Assembly (NCBI GenBank): GCA_964106645.2
Contig: OZ067043.1
Source of the DNA: Podarcis pityusensis
Taxonomy: Eukaryota
Strand: one strand, 5' to 3'
Length of the DNA stretch: 64,000 nt
The position numbers were made by a program, and so were the translations under genes. Positions within the stretch are counted from its first letter, which is position 1; every line of letters begins with the position of its first letter. Positions 25,930 through 34,349 of the stretch are shown here, piece by piece. Below the pieces are notes generated by a model. That model made no database searches, was not told where the DNA came from, and saw nothing but the letters and a program-made list of their open reading frames with translations.

Positions 25930-26914
25930 CCGTGTGGGTCCGCATGTGCGCCTTGAGATGTGAGCTCTTCGTGTAGGTCTTGCCGCAGCCGGCGAACTCG
26001 CAGTTGTGGGTGGCCGTGCGCTTGCGCGCCCAGGACCTGCGGCCCCTCTTCGGCTTGCACTCCTCCGGGGGCCCCATCGGGGCATAGTAATCCAAGACGG
26101 GCGAGTTGGGCGGCGTTACCAGCAGCCCGTGCAGGCCCTGGGCGTGCGCGTTCAAGGACTCCCGGAAGACGCTGAAGTGTCCACGGAACTGGGGCTGCAT
26201 CTGCCCGGCGAAGTTGGGCGGGAAGAGGTGGGCCCCCCGGGGGTAATGCTGGGGGGCTCCCATCTGCGCGTGCATGTCGCCGGCCGCGGGGCTCATCTGC
26301 TCGCTGGGGAAGCCGGAGGGCGCGTGCTGCGGGAGGGGCGGTTGCTGCTGCTGCTGCTGCATCATGGCCTGCATCAGGAGGGGCTTGTGGTCCAGAGGAG
26401 CGGGCCCCAGGCAATCGGGGCTGCCGCTCATCATGCACGGCTGCCCGTCCATCGGCTCCTGCTTGACGCGCAGGTGCTCCATGGATAGGCCCCGAGCTAA
26501 GCCTGGGGGAGCGTGGGCCAAGCCAGGGGCGCGCAGCTCCGTGTATTCCCGCCGCTGCAGCTCGCAAGGGCCCGGCCCCGCTGCCGGGTGCTGTTGCATG
26601 TCCTGCGTGAAGAGCTCGGCCATGTAGCTGTGGCCGGGGCTGGGCATGTAGGACGCGGCGAACTTGTTGGAGGGCTGCTGGTAGTTGGAGCTGTCGCTGT
26701 CGTAGGTGGTGCCGCAGCTCTCGGGAGTCTCGGGCAACGGGTAGTTGGGGTTGGGGTGCGGGGGCGCCGCCACCCCCGTGGGCTGCCCGTTCGTGGTGTG
26801 CGCCAGGATGAACTCCAGGTCGACGAAGTTCCCTAACTCGTCCGCTTCCCTCTTGATGGTCGCGGCGCCCTCCACGTGAGTGGGGATCCTCTGCTGCTGC
26901 TGCTGCTGCTGCTG
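25930..26914 (-). CDS. KLF17: KLF17 coding exon 2 (polyQ, acidic activation motif, basic region and zinc finger 1)
   Basis: Open frame with [60 protein letters not shown] and [42 protein letters not shown]. These blocks match fish/amphibian Klf17 (biklf/Neptune) as I recall it. Phase-1 donor G|GTAAGA at 25930. The 5' boundary is the first AG after a pyrimidine tract (acgcag|), in phase 0; an in-frame TAG at 26978-26980 limits how far upstream the exon can extend. Confidence 0.92.
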
Positions 26915-26917
26915 CTG
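26891..26917 (-). repeat. (CAG)9 at the intron 1/exon 2 boundary of KLF17
   Basis: Nine perfect CTG units on the plus strand. Confidence 0.97.
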
Positions 26918-27001
26918 CGTGGATAGGAGCAGCGGGGTTATGGCGGGGAAAGAGTTAAGGTGCCAGGCGCAAACATGCTACTGGGGAGCCAAATCCAGAC
27001 A

Positions 27002-27011
27002 CTATTTATAG
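27002..27011. promoter_or_regulatory. MEF2 consensus site, also TATA-like, in KLF17 intron 1
   Basis: CTATTTATAG matches YTA(W)4TAR exactly and reads TATAAATA on the gene strand. Confidence 0.5.
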
Positions 27012-28572
27012 CACCCCCTAACCTGAAAAACGGGTTGCGCGCACCTTCCCTCTCCGATGAGTTTAAGGGCAGGGCGCGCCTGGCACTCAAATCACTTCGA
27101 ATTAATACCAATCTGCTAGGCTCCACTGGATCCCACCCGATCCCCTCGTTATGGTTTGGAGGAGCGGATCCTGCGTCTACACAGCCTGCTAGTACGCCAG
27201 TCAGGAATGAGCCGGGATCGCTTCCTGATCTCTCCAAAATGTACCCATCTCCTCTTGGAATGTAGTTAATTATGGAGGAGCTAATTGACTTGACCCCCCC
27301 ACTAGCCCCGCCCTCTCTCCGCCCCCGCCCCAATATTTGATTGGTTCCGCTCAGCGAGAAGCCCCTCGCGCTGGAATATGACTGGTACGCTCCGTCCTTT
27401 GCAGATTACGGCGGTCTTTACCAAAACGTCCCGCGGAGAGTTAAGTTTAAATTTCTCGGCCGTCAAAAAAACTTCATCCTTTCCAAGTCCCACAAAAATA
27501 TGTTCAAGGTGTTTTTGTTTCTAGCTAGCCTTTAAATTGTTAGATCGCCCAGAAATTGTCGTGGGACAAAAATACATTTTGCACGCAAATACGTATAAGG
27601 GAGCCGTGACGACCTTTAAGAAGAAAAGGGAGATTTTAAGGGGGGGGGGGAGAGAGAGCAATGCTTAACCACCTTCCTCCTCCACTACCACGCTTTTCTG
27701 CTCAAAGGCTCTACCCCAATAGCCTTTTTCGTAGGGACACCTATTCCGGCTTCAAAATGCCCCTCTCCCAAAGTTTCTTTATTAAACGATCAGAGCTTGC
27801 ACGCGCCGCCACTGCCCCTCGGGGTGCCTAACGCTGCGCAGGATCGGGACACAAATCAGGTAGGAATTCCAGTAACTGTGAGGGGCTAACTTTGCTACCG
27901 AACAATTCGGGCATCAATTCAGCCTGATCAGGAACTCCACCCTTACTCTCTGCACGTACTCCTGGACCAGGATAAAACTCGCTTATATACATTCTAGTAT
28001 CCTGCCCGCGCTCCAAGAGGCTGAGTGCGGTATTTTAGCCTCACAGCTGTGAGTTGAGTTTAAGGCATGTGCCACTCCAAAATTCTTAAGATAATTTCGA
28101 TAAGTTTTTTTTTTTTTTAAGCGAAAACCTCAATAACGTTGGTGCCCTCAAACAGCTCAGGCAAGAGTTTTAAATTAACATCGTTGAAAAATCTTATTGC
28201 TCGCAGCCGATCCTGACCTGTGTCATTTTTATATGATCCAAGGTAGTTTCTCCTCCTACGAGTGCAAAGACCAGGAACCTCCCCAGCAAAGCCAGGCAGG
28301 TTAGAAGTGGGGTGCAGCCTCAAGGCGCCGTCGCGCAGAGTTTCCAACACCCCACCTCAAAATACACATCTGGATCCTGGCGGCGGCAAGGGGCGCAACG
28401 GGGGGCGATTAAGAACGGGAAAACTGTCCCCGGGGGCCAAGGGCCCCTGCCCCGCAACCCCTCCAAATAGTCTCGGAGCGCCATTCCGTTAATATTAGTT
28501 TTAAAGGACGGGAGGGTCTTCCTTGCGCCTTGCCCCTCCGGCGCTTTCCCAAACAGTTCCGTGCGCCCTCAC

Positions 28573-28665
28573 CTGTACCATGTCGGGCTGCCGGTCTTCC
28601 AGCGGCACCAATCCGGCAAAGGTGGAGATAGACGGCAAGACAGCTTCCTCCACGGCTGCGCTCAT
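28573..28665 (-). CDS. KLF17: Kruppel-like factor 17 (KLF1/2/4/17 group), coding exon 1
   Basis: ATG at 28665 gives MSAAVEEAVLPSISTFAGLVPLEDRQPDMVQ (31 codons). LPSISTF is the N-terminal motif typical of KLF1/2/4/17. The exon ends at a canonical phase-0 donor, CAG|GTGAGG. Confidence 0.88.
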
Positions 28666-28799
28666 CTTGCACGGTGGCTTGAGCGGGAAAGAGCTAGGAA
28701 ACTGCCCCGAGTCCGGCAGCTCCCCTCCAGGCACTGAACGAGCGCTGAACTTCTGCAAGCGCCAAAAAAAAAAAAAAGTTTCCTTGCGTTCCAGTAGTA

Positions 28800-28910
28800 A
28801 AACAGCTGAGCTCCCGTGCGCTCTGATTGGCCGAGGCGAACTACATATTCAGGAGGCTCATCTTTGGAATTTATTACAAAGGAAACGGCCACGCCCACTA
28901 CAAAGGTCTC
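28800..28910 (-). promoter_or_regulatory. KLF17 proximal promoter
   Basis: GGCCAATCAG NF-Y box (CCAAT at 28826-28830), KLF/Sp site CCACGCCC (28889-28896), two CCTTTGTA HMG-box-like sites (28875-28882, 28899-28906) and E-box CAGCTG (28803-28808), all 140-240 bp upstream of the ATG. Confidence 0.6.
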
Positions 28911-30671
28911 GGCTGTAGTCGAAGCTCCTTGACAAGCAAATGGAAATGAGCAAGAAAATCCCATTCTTGGTAAAGGAAGGGGGGGCAACTTCCCCCTTTT
29001 TTTTAGATCCAGAAGCAGACCTACTAAGTAAGCGGTCTTTACTCTGGAGCAATTGTCACGGAATGCTTCCGGTAGGCACTTCGTAGAAAATCGATTCGGA
29101 GAGAGCAGCCTCTTCGAGATCTACGGTGCTCTAGTGATTAGTTAGTGTCCGCTTGGGTTTGCGGAGAGGCAGGTTTAAATCCTGGCCAACTGGCGATGGC
29201 TAAGAGACCACGCAGGAGGGGTTGTTGTATGCGAGGATAAAATTGCAGTGTGTGTATGAGAGACAGAGAACATCAAATACTGTACCCTGCTTTTCCTAGA
29301 AGGAGAGGTAGTGTGTGTGTGTGTGTGGTCGAGAAATATAAGATACAACTTATAGTTAAAGCCAGGATCCAGCTTCTAGGGGAAGCTATGAACCTATGCA
29401 TGGAAGCTTGGAAGTCATTCTGCACGCTTCATGCATAATTGCAAAAAAACAGAAGTGCAAGTGGTGGTTGCCCAGTTAACTGTAATAGCAATGTCAGGGA
29501 GTTGTGTTTTGCCTCTGAACATCTCATGAAGCAGAGAAGAAAACAGCTACAATGAAGGGCTGTAAGAAGATCTTACGTGCCCCCACCCCAATGTCCACAG
29601 CTGAAAATGGCATAGTTGGGGCTACTGCTAAAGTTCCAAAGAACATATACCAACACCCATTAAAGCCCAAAGTTATGTCTTATGCAGTTATGCTGCTTTC
29701 AACTTTGTTACATTGTATGTCTAATTTAAATTGTTTTCTTCCTTTCTATAAGGTGTCCTGATTTTTCTTTTTAAACTGGACATCCTATCGGTATTGTTCA
29801 TAAATTTTAAAAAGGGTATGAAATAGGAAAGGCAGATCAGGTGGCTGAACAGGCATGTTTATCTTAATTAGAGAGTGAGAAGGAATATTGAAAGTCAGGT
29901 ACAGTACTTCAACAACCTATACCCAATCAAAATGTTTCACAGCAGACTGAAATCCTCCATAAAGTCTTCACAGAAAGGCATCCCATAACTGCCCTTGGAC
30001 TCAGTTCAGAAATTCAGAGATGCCCATTGTAAAGGGATATTAGGGGTCTATAGAAATACAGTTCTGCTATTCCTCTTCAGTAATTTGCTGTGGAAGTAGC
30101 ATCTATAGCAAATGAGTTCTGGTTCTGATGCATGATTTTCCCTCCAAGGAAGAAGGTAAGTGGAGAAACACACAGGGTGATAGACATAATGTTTGGCACA
30201 CAATGTGTTTCATGGGTATCTCCACAAAAATAATGATTAGAATTGAGTGAAATAATTTAAGAGAAAGGTCTGACTTCCAAGTTTAGAAACCAAACGGGGC
30301 AAATTCTTAGCCCCACCTCCCAAAAGACAGCAGAAGGGAGATGTCACAATAGTGAATGAAACTCAAAATCATAATGAGATCAATCCTCTGCATGATTACT
30401 CAGAAGTAAGCCCTTGAAGCCTGTCAATGAGTTCTAAGCATAATGTGCATTAATCATCCTTTATATGCAAAACCAAAGTCGGTAAAAGTTCTGGGTAAAA
30501 CTGGGACTTTAATCTATATTTGTGATGGTGTGTAGAAATCAAGGGTTGAACATTTTTGAGCAAAAATGATGGATAGTATCCAACTAGGCCATACTCAGAG
30601 TAGACCCATTTAAATTAATGGACTTGAGTCCGTTGTGATTTTGTATGCTATGTCCATATTAGCAGTGTTCT

Positions 30672-30800
30672 GAGGACAGCTCCGTTGGTAGAGCATGCAA
30701 CTCTTAATCTCAGGGTTGTTGTGCAAATGATTCCTGCATTGCAGGGGGTGGGACTAGAAGACCCTCCTGGTCCCTTCCAGCTCTACAATTCTATGATTTC
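30672..30800 (+). mobile_element. tRNA(Lys)-derived SINE with CR1 3' tail
   Basis: Head agctccgttggtagagcatgcaactcttaatctcagggttgt resembles tRNA-Lys(CTT); the tail matches the CR1 3' ends in this window. Confidence 0.75.
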
Positions 30801-31063
30801 CTAGAGCTATAGAAAACAAGCTGTTGAAATTAAACAATTAAAATCATTTTTAAAAATAGACAATCTGCTGTTTAAATTACTCCTTCCTTTCTTCCTTGCC
30901 TCCTCTTATGTATGAAACTGCTACTCACATCACTTGAATGATGCTCTGCCTTAAATCCCAAACCTATCTTTTCTGTGAAGCCTTTGACACAGTCTCTATT
31001 TCCTATTGCAATTAAGCCTAAATATGTGTAAACTAGTAATGCATATTCTTCCCTTATTTACCC

Positions 31064-31304
31064 TGGCTTCAAGTTACAAAGAAAGGAGATTCTAACTAAA
31101 CATCAGAAGCAACTTTCTGATAGCAAGAGCTGTACGACAGGGGAATAATCTCCCTCTGGAAGTTGTGGAAGGATCCTTGGAGGTTTTTAAGCAGAGGCTG
31201 GATAGTCATCTGTCATGGATGCTTTAGCTGAGATTCCTCCATTACAAGGGGTTGGGCTACATGACCTTTGGGGTCCCTTCCAGCTCTATGATTCTATGAT
31301 TCTA
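31064..31304 (+). mobile_element. CR1 LINE 3' fragment
   Basis: Homologous to 20692-20930, with an (attctatg)n tail. Confidence 0.85.
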
Positions 31305-32504
31305 CATGCCCCTCCCCTTTCTCTGTTGTCTCCCTGTGATAGATTATAGATTATAAACCCTATAGGCAGAGACTTATCCCTTTGTACTCTATAAATCCTC
31401 GTACACGCTGATATTTATATAAATCTTCAACAAAATGTTGCATTGGGGAGTGTTCTAGGCAGCCAACCTTGGGTTTTAAAAGCCAGGATATTATAGATTT
31501 TTAAAAGTTTCTATATCATTGCTATTGAAAACAGTTGCTTTTTGTTTTATGCTCAGTGGATAATATGTTGTCCATTTATCTTCTAAGATATTTTAAAAAT
31601 ATTTGCAAACTCTTCAACATATCTGTCCTAACTTTATTTCCCCTAAGATGGACCTGTTGCCCAGTTTCGTTAGCCTTTCCAGCTAGGAGTACTTCTAGAC
31701 CCTTTGCCACCTTTGTTGTTTTCTTGTGAACCCCTTTGTTGCCTGATAGCAATTTTTCTGAACTGCAAGTGCCTAAATGAATGCAATACTCCACTTGCAA
31801 CCTTCAGCTAGACCTGGGTGAGTACCATGTGAGTCTTAATGACAAAGAACACTTACTTCACTTCTTCTTAGTCTTAGAAGTGATGCTTCTGCTGATAACA
31901 GAAAAAGACATTCACCATATTTGTCACAGAATCGTATTGCTGACTCATGCTTGGTTTGTTATCCGAGCTAACACTGATACCATTTTCAGCACTCTTGCTG
32001 CTTGCCTGGTTGTTCTCCTATCTTATTCCCAAACATTTGTATCTTCTTTGCCACTTCTAACATATATCCCACTTCTAACAGATCTGCCTTCGTGTTTCTT
32101 GCTGTCTTCTTGGTAGTTTGTTAGCTGGATTTTGAATTTTGAGCTTTAGCAAGTGATAAGGCTTACATTTCTCTCACACTTTAGGATTGAATCAGACTGC
32201 AGGGTCATATTGATTGGATTAGGGTTTTAGAGCAATATTAGCATCCCAATACTGAAATTACATCCATTAGCAGCATGAGATTGCCTGAGGCCACAATGCT
32301 AACCAAAATGGAAGTAGGGAGTAGAAAGGTGTGATTGGTAAACTATGGAGTAAATAATGGGTTATTCTAGGCCTACAGATCTCGCATGTCAAGCTTCTTG
32401 AAGACCTAGCTCAAATGGGTTGAAGGAGAAAGTTCACAGATTTGTTGTGATGATCACATGAGGAGAGGGATAACCATCCTTGAGCCCTTTGGAGGAAAGG
32501 TGGG

Positions 32505-32506
<2 letters not shown>

Positions 32507-32551
<45 letters not shown>
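32507..32551. repeat. (TAA)n microsatellite
   Basis: Directly visible. Confidence 0.95.
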
Positions 32552-32552
<1 letters not shown>

Positions 32553-32803
32553 AGTGGTACCTCTGCATATGAACGGGATCTGTTCCGGAGCCCCGTTCGC
32601 ATCCTGAAGTAAACGCAACCTGCGTCTGCACATGCGCGGGTCGCGATTCACCGGTTCCGCGCATGCATGTGACATCATTTTGACCTTCTGTGCATGCGCG
32701 AGCGGCGAAACCCGGAAGTAATGCGTTCCGTTACTTCTGGGTCACAGCGGAACACAACCCGAAAGCGTTCAACCTGAAGCAACTTCAACCCGAGGTATGA
32801 CTG
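32552..32803. mobile_element. Tc1/mariner MITE of a different subfamily, CpG-rich
   Basis: cagtggtacctc...gaggtatgactg termini, TA TSD; abuts (TAA)n at 32507-32551. Confidence 0.85.
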
Positions 32804-32973
32804 TATAACTATAGCCCAGGTTCATATCAGAAAACTCTAGCATGTTTGCAGTTCCTCCAGATGTAGTATCATCCACAAATTTTATAAAGTTAAATGTACT
32901 AGACCCTGCAGTACTTCTATGGAATGCCAGTGGCTGTTTATTTTCAGAATCATATTAATCAATTTGTAACTAC

Positions 32974-33322
32974 CATAGAACCACAGTACAGTTGTACCTT
33001 GGATCCTGAACGCCTTGGCTCCCAAACAAATTGGCTCCCGAACAATCGAAACCCAGAAGTGAGTGTTCCAGTTTTTGAATGATTTTTGGAAGCTGAACGT
33101 CCTGCGCAGTTTCCGCAGCTTCCAATTGGCTGCAGGAGCTTCCTGCAGCCAATCAGAAGCCGCGCTTTGGTTTCTGAACATACAACTGTATTGAAGAGTT
33201 GGAAGGAACCCCAAGGATCATCTAGTCCAACCCCTTGTAATGCAGGGACATGCAGCTGTCCCATCTAGGGATTGAACCTTCAACCTTGGCATTATAAGCA
33301 ACACACTCTAACTAAGCTATCC
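32974..33322 (-). mobile_element. tRNA(Ile)-like SINE with CR1 3' tail, interrupted by a Tc1/mariner MITE
   Basis: Minus-strand head ggatagcttagttagagtgtgttgcttataatgccaaggttgaaggttcaatccc (A and B boxes), followed by a CR1-like tail. Confidence 0.65.
32989..33188. mobile_element. Tc1/mariner (Tigger/pogo-like) MITE, internally deleted
   Basis: cagttgta...tacaactg termini flanked by TA on both sides. Confidence 0.75.
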
Positions 33323-33946
33323 CAGTTACTCAAGCCATCCATTCCTACCTCTTCAATAAAGTAGCAGAAGACAATAGGAATGTAGTTTGGATCCATTAAG
33401 GCTTTGGATGTAAGAAAGCTTGAGGAAAGTGACATAAAAGAGTAATATAAATTCTACTTTTTCTGCTGCTTGTTTAGCATGCCCAGAGCTGAGCCCACCT
33501 ACAAGACGATGCGTGCACATCAACTTGTAGAAACAACACGTGCATTTCCCTATGTGAGGAGATGCACAGGCTTAGTTTTAGGTGTCAAAACCCAAGTGTT
33601 TTGCTTGTTCTTTCCCACCCCCTGAACAATAGTTTTAAATGTCTGAAGCAACTCAGACAATATAGCAAGAAATGAAATAGGGAGGCAGGTGGTTGCTGCT
33701 GCTTCCAGGACTAGAACAGGGCCTCCCATCAATTATCTCTGACTTTCTGTTCATGTGTAAACTCATATCTAGTAATAGGAAATGCAAATATGCTCCTCCC
33801 CTCTGTGATAAAAGGTGCAAAAAGCAACATGTACTACACACATATTCAATAAGAGAGGAAATGCGAAAAGGTAAATTGTTCTATTTGCTTACTACACAAG
33901 TGTGGGCACATGACTTCCCTATGCATATTATTTCCATTCTCTGTTA

Positions 33947-34100
33947 GGGCATCCCCACACATGACTTCATAATTTGAAGTATTGTATGAATGCCTCTGTA
34001 GTTCATGAATGGATCCTATCCTGTCTTGGTTTCTTGCCTACCTGCATGACTGATGGGGGAAGTTACAAGAATATCCCCTGATTTCACTATGGGGATGCCC
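33947..34100. mobile_element. Short MITE with GGGCATCCCCA TIRs
   Basis: gggcatcccca at the left end and tggggatgccc at the right end. Confidence 0.5.
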
Positions 34101-34311
34101 AAGGGAAAGTACCTGCTTATTCTAATTACCTCTTCTGTTTCTGCACTGCAGCACCAGACTGGCAGTGCAAGCACTGCTGCATGAATATGGCCTTACCTGC
34201 CAATCTGAAGCACATTTTCTTGGAAGAAGCGTAACAAGTGTCAGCTGCTTCAAAATATTGTACTGTATGTATGCATACACACCATACAAGAGATACTGAC
34301 TTCATTTGCAT

Positions 34312-34313
<2 letters not shown>

Positions 34314-34347
<34 letters not shown>
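34314..34347. repeat. (GT)n microsatellite
   Basis: Directly visible. Confidence 0.95.

Positions 34348-34349
<2 letters not shown>

Larger units (their letters stand above)
25540..29230. promoter_or_regulatory. CpG island over the KLF17 promoter and gene body
   Basis: Markedly higher GC and CpG density than the CpG-depleted flanks. Boundaries were judged by eye. Confidence 0.75.

Noticed and set aside
25926-26836. Overlapping alternative-frame and antisense ORFs (213, 160, 117 and 107 aa) over KLF17 exon 2
   Set aside because: Expected by-product of very high GC content; low-complexity Arg/Ala/Gly/Pro peptides with no recognisable domains.
25670-26875. 401-aa ORF taken as a complete single-exon protein
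   Set aside because: It starts at a GTG inside exon 2 and reads through the donor at 25930 into intron 2. The real protein is spliced.
27245-27253. 9-nt microexon (RRW) that would supply the Trp seen after exon 1 in other KLFs
   Set aside because: Weak AAG acceptor, poor pyrimidine tract and weak donor (gtacat); unsupported without RNA data.
30672-30720. Functional tRNA-Lys gene (likewise the tRNA-like heads at 11313, 33322 and 54537)
   Set aside because: Acceptor stem and T-arm are missing or mutated and the sequence runs into LINE-derived tails; these are SINEs.
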